A DNA stretch of 64,000 nt, taken from Ignavibacteriaceae bacterium. Its GTDB lineage: Bacteria > Bacteroidota > Ignavibacteria > Ignavibacteriales > Ignavibacteriaceae. Below the pieces are notes generated by a model that saw nothing but the letters and a program-made list of their open reading frames with translations, searched no databases and was not told the origin of the DNA. This document shows positions 1-8,905 of the stretch, piece by piece. Every line of letters starts with the position of its first letter. Positions within the stretch are counted from its first letter, which is position 1. A program made the position numbers and the translations under genes. The DNA lies in the NCBI GenBank assembly GCA_963664845.1, contig OY761615.1:1556219-1620218 (forward strand), written 5' to 3'.

Positions 1-1101
1 GGATAGCGTGAGCGTTTTTTCGAAACCAATTAATTGCGTGAGGGCAATTTCAATTTTCAACCGCTGATTCGGCGCGAACTTCAACTCGTTTTGTACGCGG
101 GAAAGAAATGTTACCAAACGCAGCAAGTCACTTTGGCTGAACTCTTTTGCCAGTGCCGCATATTTCGGTTTGAAATCCTCTGCAGTTTCAATGAGGCTGA
201 ATGAGCCCGTTGATGCAAGCACCATAACATGCCGGAAGTGTTCAATAAGCCGGTCGAGAAAATCCGGATAGTTCCAGCCGTTTGAATAAAGCGTGTCCGC
301 AATACGGAATGCTTCTTTGTAATCTTTTTGCAAAATGGCGTCGGTAACGGAGAATAAAAGTTCGTCATCTATGATATTGAGCAGTTGGGTGACGGTTTCA
401 TATACTACCGTTTTTCCCGAAAATGCAATAACCTGATCGAAGTAGCTTTCTGCATCCCGAAGTGCGCCATCGGCCTTACGGGCTATCAGGAGCAGTGTTT
501 TATCATCGATTGAAATTTCTTCCTGATCGGCTATCATGCGAAGCTGGGCGCGTATGGCGTCAAGCTGGATGCGGCGGAAATCATAGCGCTGGCACCTTGA
601 AAGTATGGTAAGCGGGACCTTGTGCACATCCGTTGTTGCAAAAATGAACACGGTATATTCCGGCGGCTCTTCAAGGGTCTTCAACAGCGCGTTGAAAGAG
701 TCCTTGGTAAGCATGTGAACTTCATCTATGATATAGATCTTGTATTTGCCCCGTGCAGGCGGATAGCGCACCGATTCAATCAGCGCGCGGACGTCATCAA
801 TTCCACGGTTGGATGCGGCATCTATTTCAATAACGTCAATCAATTGGCCGTTCTGGATGGAAAGGCACAAGGCACACTCATTACACGGCTCCACACCGTC
901 CGGATGTTCGCAGTTTATGGATTTGGCAAGGATACGCGCTGAGGTGGTTTTGCCCACGCCGCGCGGCCCGGTGAACAGATAAGCATGAGCTACCCTGCCC
1001 AATTCAATTGCATTTTTCAGAGTGCGGGTGACGTGATCCTGTCCGGCTACATCACCAAATTTTTGAGGACGGTATTTTCTGGCACTAACTACAAACGACA
1101 T
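1..1101 (-). CDS. dnaX: DNA polymerase III subunit gamma/tau, partial (C-terminus runs past window start)
   Basis: Manual minus-strand translation from ATG at 1099-1101: MSFVVSARKYRPQKFGDVAGQDHVTRTLKNAIELGRVAHAYLFTGPRGVGKTTSARILAK...CEHPDGVEPCNECALC...IYIIDEVHML. Walker A, zinc module and Walker B are present. Frame is open to position 1. Absent from ORF track because no stop lies inside the window. Confidence 0.9.
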   Translation of the reverse strand, partial: MSFVVSARKYRPQKFGDVAGQDHVTRTLKNAIELGRVAHAYLFTGPRGVGKTTSARILAKSINCEHPDGVEPCNECALCLSIQNGQLIDVIEIDAASNRGIDDVRALIESVRYPPARGKYKIYIIDEVHMLTKDSFNALLKTLEEPPEYTVFIFATTDVHKVPLTILSRCQRYDFRRIQLDAIRAQLRMIADQEEISIDDKTLLLIARKADGALRDAESYFDQVIAFSGKTVVYETVTQLLNIIDDELLFSVTDAILQKDYKEAFRIADTLYSNGWNYPDFLDRLIEHFRHVMVLASTGSFSLIETAEDFKPKYAALAKEFSQSDLLRLVTFLSRVQNELKFAPNQRLKIEIALTQLIGFEKTLTLS

Positions 1102-1239
1102 TTTTGAGCCAATTTTTAATTGTTAACAATATCCATACGAAAAGAGAACCATAAAGATAGAGAATTTTACGGGGCAAAAAAAGAGGCCGCAAATGGCATC
1201 AAACGATTATTGACAGAAGGAAATGCCGCAAAGTGCCCA

Positions 1240-1647
1240 CTAATCCGGCCTGTGGTTCTTTGCTATCCACTTCCATAACGCATTAAACCCGGCAAGTTCA
1301 TCTTCCCGCAGGGGTCCGCCACCATTGGTGTTGAATCGCAAAATATGTTCCAGTACCGTCATCCCGTCTGATTCTGTTAACCTGAACTCCGAAACGCCGG
1401 TGCGGGGACCTATTATCGTGCTTAATCGCAGATACTTTGGTGCATCACACTGCTCAACAAGTGCCGAGATCGTTTTCTCCCCTATCGCTGCTTCAATGCG
1501 TGTTCCGGCGCCAAAGCTATCCGATCCATCCACCGCGACTTCCCGTATTTCCGGGTTCCACAGATGCGCATTTGAAAAATCTGTTAATATGTTCCACAAA
1601 GTTTGTGAGGATGCTTTTATTGCAATTTTTGTGTTATAGGTTTCCAT
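1240..1647 (-). CDS. SRPBCC (Bet v1/CoxG/AHSA1-like) domain protein
   Basis: 135-aa ORF. The sequence pattern (..TLWNILTDFSNAHLWNPEI.. with a C-terminal helix) is typical of SRPBCC ligand-binding fold proteins. Assignment is by eye only. Confidence 0.5.
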   Translation of the reverse strand: METYNTKIAIKASSQTLWNILTDFSNAHLWNPEIREVAVDGSDSFGAGTRIEAAIGEKTISALVEQCDAPKYLRLSTIIGPRTGVSEFRLTESDGMTVLEHILRFNTNGGGPLREDELAGFNALWKWIAKNHRPD

Positions 1648-1711
1648 AAAGTTCAGTAAGCGTTACGCTGTTGTTGTCAAAAAAAATGGGAGCTTGGCTG
1701 AGACCGGGCCC

Positions 1712-2161
1712 TTATTCCAGTCTTTTCTCCACCTCGTTAAAAGTGGCACCGAGGTCGAATATAATTTTGTTCCGGGGAAAGAGCTTTTGAAGATCCAGGC
1801 GCAATTCATTAAGCCCGGCAACAACGTCGGCATCAGTCCATGCGCTGTCTGCAATCGCCATGGCAATCACGTAGGTTGATCCTTCCCTGCGGACGAAAAC
1901 CGACCGCTGGGATTTGTCGTCGAAAAAGCCGATTTGTGCCAGCCCGGCTGCCATGTTGTCAACCTCAGGTTCAGGCATATTGCGGCTGTTGAACGATATG
2001 GCGTTTTTTGCAGGGCCATAGCTTTTTGTGCTTATGGAAGGAGTAAGGACTGACATATAAAAAAAAGCAGCCAGCGGCAGAAGAATGACCACTGCTGCCA
2101 CTAAACCAATTGCCAGCCCGCGCTTCTTTGCGGGTTTCTGTGTTTCTGCTATCGGGTTCAT
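1712..2161 (-). CDS. hypothetical membrane-anchored protein
   Basis: 149-aa ORF with an N-terminal KKRG + hydrophobic TM segment (LAIGLVAAVVILLPLAAFFYMSV). No recognisable family. Confidence 0.45.
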   Translation of the reverse strand: MNPIAETQKPAKKRGLAIGLVAAVVILLPLAAFFYMSVLTPSISTKSYGPAKNAISFNSRNMPEPEVDNMAAGLAQIGFFDDKSQRSVFVRREGSTYVIAMAIADSAWTDADVVAGLNELRLDLQKLFPRNKIIFDLGATFNEVEKRLE

Positions 2162-2221
2162 AACTGAATGTAAACTCCTGGAATGTCCTGTAGTGAATCA
2201 ACCTCATTCATTGAGGCTTTG

Positions 2222-3268
2222 CTAAACTTCCCGTTCGTAATATATTTTGTAATACCGTCTGCCGTCTTTTTCAACGCCCTGCTGTATCAGGTTTTTGTTG
2301 CCGTGAATGTAGATATCAAAATTATTGTCCAGCTTCAGAACGCTCTTGAATATTTTGGCCTGTTTCCTGACGGCTTTGGGAGAAATGGCAAAATTTTCTT
2401 CGATGATCACCGGCTTGCTCTCCCGGTAGGTTTCATCGAACTTCTGGAAGGACTTGATCATGTCCGGTTCCTTGAACACTTCCGTTTCAAAGTCGGTTTT
2501 ATCAAAATTGTCATGCGTTTTGAAATAGTCCAGTGAACGGTTCAGAATATCTATCTGCTCCGTTTTGTTCATCTCGAATTCCTCAGTAAGCGTTGTGGTC
2601 ACGTAATCTTTGGCTATATCCAAAAACTCCTTGGTCTGATGATATTCATCGCTGCACGGTTTCACCTGAAGGAAAATTTCCTTCCAGAAGAATGCATCCG
2701 CTGCCTTGGTGGCCTTGTCGACGATGCACACGCGGTAGCCGCTGTCCTTTTCAGTTTCAAAGATAAGGCAGCCCTTGTCAATTTTTTCGATACCGATGCC
2801 GTGGTCATAATAGAGCGAAAAATCACCAAGATCGTTATCCAGTTTTAGGAATGTTTTTTTGTTCTCGGATTTGAATATGCCGATAGCGTCCACGATCTCG
2901 TCATCAATGCACAAATCGGATATTTGCGCTATGAACAGATCACCGGGCTTTATTTCAGGCTGACTGGTAACTTCAAACAAATGCTTTGCAATCTTAATGG
3001 CGTATTCCTGAAAATCGTTGCGCCTGTCGAACAATTTTTCTGCGAGGTTGTAGATCAGGTTCTGTTTGAAATCGCCGCCCGGATAATCGAAAGCGTATAA
3101 TCCTTCGGTGGCAAATTGCGGCAGGAAAAACTTTTTGAGAATGTCTTTCAGCTTATCATCATAGAGATTTAATACTATTTTTGACAGTAATAATTCGTCC
3201 CCATTGGCCTTGTTGCCAATGAAATGTGCCGATACTTTATCGAGAGATGCATCTTTATAGTTAATCAT
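2222..3268 (-). CDS. ndpA: nucleoid-associated protein NdpA/YejK-like (NA37 family)
   Basis: 348-aa ORF. Length and the N-terminal motif (MINYKDASLDKVSAHFIGNK) match the 37-kDa nucleoid-associated protein family by recollection. Confidence 0.55.
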   Translation of the reverse strand: MINYKDASLDKVSAHFIGNKANGDELLLSKIVLNLYDDKLKDILKKFFLPQFATEGLYAFDYPGGDFKQNLIYNLAEKLFDRRNDFQEYAIKIAKHLFEVTSQPEIKPGDLFIAQISDLCIDDEIVDAIGIFKSENKKTFLKLDNDLGDFSLYYDHGIGIEKIDKGCLIFETEKDSGYRVCIVDKATKAADAFFWKEIFLQVKPCSDEYHQTKEFLDIAKDYVTTTLTEEFEMNKTEQIDILNRSLDYFKTHDNFDKTDFETEVFKEPDMIKSFQKFDETYRESKPVIIEENFAISPKAVRKQAKIFKSVLKLDNNFDIYIHGNKNLIQQGVEKDGRRYYKIYYEREV

Positions 3269-4148
3269 AGTGCTGTGTTTAATGTCCTGTTAAAATCGTT
3301 TATGGTAATTAGTGTCAGTCACGCATTAGGTTCGTCGTGTTATTTTAGTGACCCATCTTACGCAACGATTCCAATTGACTTGCCACGAGCTTCAGCTCGT
3401 GGATCATTCGCACCGGTTAAAATCGGCTTCAGCCACACATCTTAGCTCCATTGGCGGCTAAAGCCAATATTTAGAAGATATATCTATCCCACGACTTGAA
3501 AGTCGTGGCTAGTCAATCTCTGGTTTTGCATAACATGAGTTATTAAGCTAAATATCCTATAATATCAAAAGTTAAATTACAAATTTCTATCCGCGGCAAT
3601 CAGTTCAAATCCGTGTCATCTCCCAACGGGATCCCGCTCCGCGCACACGCGTCAACTTAACGCAGTTATTGAAGCGTTGTCATTCCCGTGAAAATTGAGT
3701 TCAACGAAATCCCGTTTCAAGCGGGACGCGTGTCCCGATCCTATCGGGGGGAATCTACCTTCCTCAAGCCTTGGAAAGCTTCGGCATTTAACGAGCCTTT
3801 ACAATTCGCGTTTTCATTGCATTGCTCATCGGGTCTGGAATCAAAACGTCCGCTAACAACTTATTCTTACGACGGTTAGCTATCAGCGATTCTGCAAACA
3901 GGGTCTAATTACATTCGTTTAGGTTGACGCCTATGCGCTCCGCGGGGCGCGTACCCTTTTATTCTTTTGCTACAGCCCTTAGGGTATAGGCAATAGTCTT
4001 ACTACATGCAAGCAAGAGCACCAAAAATTCACTGCTATTGCATTTTTCGTGATAACTACTGTTCCTCAACTGAATCAAATGAGGAAATTTTCATAAATCT
4101 AAAATGAGAATTTCAGCATACCTGTCCAAATGCCTGCGAAAGTATTTC

Positions 4149-4183
4149 AAAAAAAAAGCGCACCGACATTTGATGCGCTTTTA
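4149..4183 (-). terminator. rho-independent terminator downstream of clpP (palindrome usable on both strands)
   Basis: A9-GCGCA-ccgacatttga-TGCGC-T4. On the minus strand this reads GCGCA..TGCGC followed by T9, immediately after the clpP stop at 4202. Confidence 0.7.
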
Positions 4184-4201
4184 AATACAAAAAGGAAATT
4201 C

Positions 4202-4813
4202 TTATTGCCGTTTTTCCAGAATGTTGTCGATCATTTTATATTCAAGAGCTTCTTCGGAGCTCATGAAGTTGTCACGGTCGCAATCTTTCATGATCTGTTC
4301 CTGCGATTTCCCGGTATGTTTCGCGAGGATCGCATACAGTGTATCACGGGTCTTGATCATTTCCTTGGCGTGGATCTCAATGTCCGTTGTCTGACCTTGC
4401 AATCCGCCAACCCAGGGCTGATGGATCATGATCTTGGAGTGCGGCAGTGCAGTCCGTTTTCCATCTGCTCCGCCTGCAAGCAGGATGGCTCCCATGCTTG
4501 CGGCCAAACCAACGCAGATGGTAGCGACCTGCGGTTTGATGTAGTGCATGGTGTCATAGATAGCGAGACCGGCAGAAACGCTTCCTCCGGGGGAATTGAT
4601 ATACATGTAGATATCTTTTTGCGAATCTTCAGCTTCAAGGAAAATAAGCTGGGCAATGGTCAGACTGGCAACATGGTCATCGATGGCAGTTCCGAGAAAA
4701 ATGATCCGTTCACGGAGCAGCCGTGAAAAGATGTCCATGCCGCGCTCACCTCGTCCCGTCTGTTCAATAACATACGGAATGAGCTGGTTATAAATTTCAT
4801 AATGTTTTTCCAT
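4202..4813 (-). CDS. clpP: ATP-dependent Clp protease proteolytic subunit
   Basis: 203 aa. Catalytic-triad context GLAASMG (Ser), MIHQP (His), plus the IFLGTAIDD and [18 protein letters not shown] motifs. Confidence 0.93.
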   Translation of the reverse strand: MEKHYEIYNQLIPYVIEQTGRGERGMDIFSRLLRERIIFLGTAIDDHVASLTIAQLIFLEAEDSQKDIYMYINSPGGSVSAGLAIYDTMHYIKPQVATICVGLAASMGAILLAGGADGKRTALPHSKIMIHQPWVGGLQGQTTDIEIHAKEMIKTRDTLYAILAKHTGKSQEQIMKDCDRDNFMSSEEALEYKMIDNILEKRQ

Positions 4814-4836
4814 TAAAGACCTCTAAAAATTAATTC

Positions 4837-6138
4837 TCAATGATTATGCGCTGCGGGCGCATCTTTACGGTCAACTTTGGTAACGGTGTTGTTTGCAAGC
4901 AAAAAGTCGTAAAGTTCTTCCTGCAGCAGCGTTTCCTTGAAGTTGTCGTTCGTCTTATAGATGTTTAAGATCACTTCATAGTCATAGTTCAGTTTTTCTG
5001 CTTCGCGTTTGGCAATTTCTTCCAGACGCGTGTCAGAGATGGTAAGCTTTTCGGCTTCAACAATCGCTTTTTCAATATAGTACAGTTTCACGTTCCGTTG
5101 TGCCGTTGCTTCAAGGCGTTTCATAACCGCTTCTCTTGAAAGATGTTTGCCTTTTTCTTTTTGCTCTTTCAGTTCCTCATCAACAATTTTATTAAGATAA
5201 TAATCAAGCTGATGCTTTCCAACGGTAAAATCGTTCACCTCGACCAGTTTGTTCGAAAGGGTCTGCCGTATCTGGCGGTTCATCTGCTCTTCAAACATCT
5301 TGGTGTAGTCGCGTTTGATAACGGCCTTGAATTCTTCCTCGGTGGAGGCTTCCTTGTTTGAAAGTTCCTGGATAAATTCAGCGGTTATTTCGGGATAGAT
5401 AAGCTTGTTCACTTCAAGGACTTTACCGGTGTATTTATACGTGACGGTATGCACTTCCTCATGTTCTTCACCTTCGTGGTGATGTGAATGGGAATCAGTG
5501 AATTCAAAAGCGAAGTCATCGCCTGCTTTTTTGTTCATCAGCGCTGCGGTAATTTCCGGTTTGGAACGCGGCAGGTTGACATCAAGCTTTTGCGGAACGG
5601 CGCCTTCTGAGCCTTCGCCGTCATCAACGCGCAAAATTTCGACCATAACGGAGTAATCGGTGGAATCAACCGTTTCGGCCGGCTCCTTAACCACTTTTTC
5701 CGCTTTGATGCCGTCATATTCACGGTCAACCATCTCATCGGTAACTTCAAGGTTGGTTACTTCGATGGCTAGGTCTTTATATTTTACCGCGGGAAGCTGG
5801 GGAAAATGCTCAAACTTAATTTTGAAAACCAGATTCTGTTCCGGTTTGTAATCAAACTCAATCAGGCCGGGAGTTCCCACCGGATGAATTCCGTTGGCTT
5901 CGGCATAATCATAAAACACGTTGGTGGCAACGCGTTCGGCAACCTGATATTTCAAGGCATCGCCGTAATATTTTTCAACAACTGTGCGGGAGACTTTTCC
6001 CTTTCTGAATCCGGGAATAGTGACCTTTGTCAGTTCTTTTTTGTATTCTGTTTCAAATCCCTCTGCATATTCTTCGGGACTTACCGTGAAATTAATTTCA
6101 CTCTCTGATTCGTGAATTTTAGCTAATACTGCTTCCAA
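4837..6138 (-). CDS. tig: trigger factor (peptidyl-prolyl isomerase chaperone)
   Basis: Signature IPGFRKGKV, FKBP-like middle region and C-terminal helical domain. The classic tig-clpP order is present. The track ORF starts at GTG 6204, which would overlap tRNA-Leu, so I place the start at TTG 6136-6138 (M-EAVLAKIHESESEINFTV), giving a 27-bp gap to the tRNA. The exact start is uncertain. Confidence 0.85.
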   Translation of the reverse strand: MEAVLAKIHESESEINFTVSPEEYAEGFETEYKKELTKVTIPGFRKGKVSRTVVEKYYGDALKYQVAERVATNVFYDYAEANGIHPVGTPGLIEFDYKPEQNLVFKIKFEHFPQLPAVKYKDLAIEVTNLEVTDEMVDREYDGIKAEKVVKEPAETVDSTDYSVMVEILRVDDGEGSEGAVPQKLDVNLPRSKPEITAALMNKKAGDDFAFEFTDSHSHHHEGEEHEEVHTVTYKYTGKVLEVNKLIYPEITAEFIQELSNKEASTEEEFKAVIKRDYTKMFEEQMNRQIRQTLSNKLVEVNDFTVGKHQLDYYLNKIVDEELKEQKEKGKHLSREAVMKRLEATAQRNVKLYYIEKAIVEAEKLTISDTRLEEIAKREAEKLNYDYEVILNIYKTNDNFKETLLQEELYDFLLANNTVTKVDRKDAPAAHNH

Positions 6139-6165
6139 ATGACTACCTCGTAAATAAAATAAAAG

Positions 6166-6247
6166 TGCGGAGAGGGGGACTCGAACCCCCACGGATTTCT
6201 CCACTAGATCCTAAGTCTAGCGCGTCTGCCAATTCCGCCATATCCGC
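6166..6247 (-). tRNA. tRNA-Leu (anticodon TAG)
   Basis: Reverse complement reads GCGGATATGGCGGAATTGGCAGACGCGCTAGACTTAGGATCTAGTGGAGAAATCCGTGGGGGTTCGAGTCCCCCTCTCCGCA. It has a D-arm like E. coli tRNA-Leu, anticodon stem CTAGA/TCTAG with loop CTTAGGA, a long variable arm, T-arm GGGGG-TTCGAGT-CCCCC, and one T.C mismatch in the acceptor stem. Confidence 0.85.
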
Positions 6248-6835
6248 AGGATATAATTTTTGGTTTAAACTACTAATATATTAAAAAATAAGTCGCCAAA
6301 AAAGGGAACCCGCCCCGCAAAAGCAGGATTTCGGCCTGCCTGCTGACAGGCAGGATGCACTCAAGACTAACCTGATCGACCACTGATTCATCTGACCACA
6401 GCACATTCCCATGGTTAGAAAAGTGCGGTTTTTGCCCGCTGGCGGCTTGGGCAATGGTTTAAACCCGGGAGAAGCTGTAAAGGTTCAATAATTCAAAGTT
6501 CCCTTAGAATGGTTGTGTGAAGCAGATTTCCCTCCCGCCATGAAGCACAAGTCAATTTGCAGCGATATTTCACCATGATAGCCGCATATTTCTTACCCCG
6601 AACACCCACTTGGAGAGATTCCTTAACCCACCAAAGGAAATTATCTCTTAATGTTATGCATTATCAAATGCCGCTAATCTCACAGGCTCTGCGTGCCGAT
6701 ATGTGTATAGAAAAATGTCAACACCGGATGATCCATGAGGCCCAGCGGGCCGATATGTGTATAGCGCCCACGCATCAATTTGTTTGGATGAAAACCGTCG
6801 TCAAAACATCAGCGCAGGTATATCGCCGGTGGTTA

Positions 6836-7102
6836 TTATTTCCTGATTATGGCAAGTCCTGCAGCAAGCTTTTCCGCTATATCTTCGGCGGAAATGCCCT
6901 TTAAGGTAACTTTTGCTGCTTTTACGGTGATCAAAGGCTCATCGCCTTCACCGATCATATATTTGAAGAGCGCATAACCCAGGCGGTTGCGGTCATTGTC
7001 GATGGGAATGAATTCAGCCAGACTGTTTACGAGTGAATAAACCTGTTTTTCCAGCGAATCAGCCGGAAATTCTTTAACAAATGGAGGCGGTAATGTTGAC
7101 AT
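6836..7102 (-). CDS. small hypothetical protein (88 aa)
   Basis: Isolated ORF between two long non-coding stretches. No recognisable motif. Confidence 0.35.
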   Translation of the reverse strand: MSTLPPPFVKEFPADSLEKQVYSLVNSLAEFIPIDNDRNRLGYALFKYMIGEGDEPLITVKAAKVTLKGISAEDIAEKLAAGLAIIRK

Positions 7103-7177
7103 CTGTATCCTGTTTTAATTAATGCTACAAAAATAGGAATATAAACCAAAACCTCAAGCGCCAAATACCACTGATTT

Positions 7178-7218
7178 ACCACAGATTGAGCTGATTGCTA
7201 CCACAGATTGAGCTGATT
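7178..7218. repeat. 2x direct repeat of ~20 bp (ACCACAGATTGAGCTGATT)
   Basis: Two adjacent near-identical copies read directly at 7178-7196 and 7200-7218. Confidence 0.8.
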
Positions 7219-7389
7219 CTTATTACATATAAAGCTGATCATGAGGCTAGGGAAGCCAAACTGTACTCAGGAACAAGATGATTTGGGGATTTTGCTTCTT
7301 GAGGAAATGACTGTACAGTACCGGAGCAGTTATAGTGGTTATAGTTGAGAGAAAAAAAGACTCGAATTGGGGCCAAAAACGCAAACTAT

Positions 7390-7432
7390 GACCACTATAA
7401 CCACTATAACCACTATAACCACTATAACCACT
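7390..7432. repeat. 9-bp tandem repeat (CCACTATAA) x ~4.5, with an inverted partial copy at 7331-7347
   Basis: The sequence reads gaCCACTATAACCACTATAACCACTATAACCACTATAACCACTT. Its reverse complement TATAGTGGTTATAGTTG occurs about 45 bp upstream. Confidence 0.85.
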
Positions 7433-8163
7433 TTTCTGGTTTTTTGATTATCCGCACAATCTCTAAAACAATGTCACCCCCTCGGCGGGTGTCGTAAAAC
7501 TCAGGAAAAGTCATTGCGAGCCCGCATCGGGCGAAGCAATCTCACGGTTAGCGCCTATTAACAAAGCTTCATTAAGCAGAATTCTGTGCTGTATGCATTA
7601 TGCGACACCCACCTTTTGGGTTCGGATATTAATTACAATTAGCTGCTACAATAATACCACTCCTTCGGAGTTTGGACGCGGAAGGTTTTAGGTTTTATGA
7701 ATGGCATTTTTGGTACCGAATGGGACGGATCACCTTTGGGGTTCAAATAGCAAATCTGACATGGGGATAATCAGGTATCCAATGAGCCCCGGCACTCTAG
7801 TCCCCGGCTCTAATTTTTGAGCCCGCAATGGGCGGCATTATTGTACGGCGGCATAGCCACAGGCATATTCCAAAGATATCGCCCAAGACTATTTTGCGCA
7901 ATCGATGGCAACGGCGTCGTTCTGGTAGTTGGTATTACATTTATTTTGAAGATGAACCCACAATAATTTATTAGCACATAAAACGTTTTTACTTCAACTC
8001 ATCATAATACTCATCAATTATGAAAAAAATTAATTACCCGTTCACAAAACTTCCCCGCTTTCGTTCCTTGGAAAATTGAACTGCGGCTCCTTAATGTGTT
8101 GATTATATTTTATGATTTTGCATCGCAACCCTCTTTCCTATAAAACATCGGGATATCAAATAC

Positions 8164-8901
8164 TCAGAAATTTACCCCGATTCCCAAGCCCGCCTTTATC
8201 CCGTTTAGCCCCATGGTTACATTTTTACCGTTAGTAGTTGTAAGCGTTGCGTCTGAATTATTGTTTAACTTAAAAGCAACGGGGATACAAACCAGATAAT
8301 CCAAACTTAGGCCAATAACAAACCTGTTTAAAGTATACTCAACGCTAATTCCAGGCTTTAGGCCGGCGGAAAAAGCGTTAAACCCAGGATTTTCCTTATG
8401 AGAGGACGAACCGATTCGCGTAGTCAGAGCATAATCAAGATAACACCAAATAAACGGTACTCCGACATTGAAACTACATTCCAGCTCGCTAGTTATCAAT
8501 ACTCTTTCCTCAAGGAGAAAGCCAAGGGAATATGCGGATAATATTTCATCAGCAGTAACTTCACCTGAATAATCCTTGTATTGTATCCTGCCGCCCGTGG
8601 AGGCCAGATCAAAATACCCTCCCCATGCAAGACCTCTATAGGGCGTTTTGCTGTTTGAAAAAACAAACTGAAACTGTAATCCGTAATAATTTGGAAAGCT
8701 TTCTACGATAGAAGCATCAATGCCGCTACCTCTTATCTGTTCAGCTAATTCAGCCTGCATGCTTCTTAGATCACCAGCTTCGAATGAATTGTCCATCAAT
8801 TTTGCTCTAAAAGTAAACCCTTGTGCAACTGCATGGTAAGTGCAACTTACCACTGTCAGGAATACTATGAATAAATAGTACCGAAAAGAATATCTTGCCA
8901 T
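8164..8901 (-). CDS. outer-membrane beta-barrel protein (porin/OmpA-like barrel)
   Basis: 245 aa with an N-terminal signal peptide, alternating hydrophobic beta-strand pattern and the C-terminal ...GLGIGVNF ending in Phe. Sits 5 bp downstream of the lipoprotein gene in a visibly AT-rich segment. Confidence 0.6.
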   Translation of the reverse strand: MARYSFRYYLFIVFLTVVSCTYHAVAQGFTFRAKLMDNSFEAGDLRSMQAELAEQIRGSGIDASIVESFPNYYGLQFQFVFSNSKTPYRGLAWGGYFDLASTGGRIQYKDYSGEVTADEILSAYSLGFLLEERVLITSELECSFNVGVPFIWCYLDYALTTRIGSSSHKENPGFNAFSAGLKPGISVEYTLNRFVIGLSLDYLVCIPVAFKLNNNSDATLTTTNGKNVTMGLNGIKAGLGIGVNF

Positions 8902-8905
8902 AGTT

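Noticed and set aside
622-942. 106-aa plus-strand ORF and the 111-368 minus-strand ORF.
   Set aside because: Both lie inside or out of frame with the clearly identifiable dnaX reading frame on the minus strand. They are shadow ORFs.
3489-3508. Group II intron domain V (GNRA-capped hairpin CCACGAC-TTGAAA-GTCGTGG).
   Set aside because: There is no AGC catalytic triad, no 2-nt bulge and no IEP ORF nearby.
3590-3640. tmRNA (ssrA) candidate. ...CAGTTCAAATCCGTGTCATCTCCCA resembles the tmRNA/tRNA 3' T-arm/acceptor region, and the reverse complement GGGAGATGACACGGATTTGAAC resembles a tmRNA 5' end.
   Set aside because: The T-stem does not pair (mismatches at 52-62, 50-64 and 49-65). There is no complementary acceptor strand ~350 nt away on either strand. 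No ...ALAA-stop tag reading frame could be found. Left as an unassigned structured region.
6557-6904. 115-aa plus-strand ORF.
   Set aside because: It spans the 17-bp direct repeats and overlaps the minus-strand ORF at 6836-7102. It has no coding-like composition.
7390-7432. Possible CRISPR array from tandem CCACTATAA repeats.
   Set aside because: The unit is only 9 bp with no spacers. It is a minisatellite, not CRISPR.
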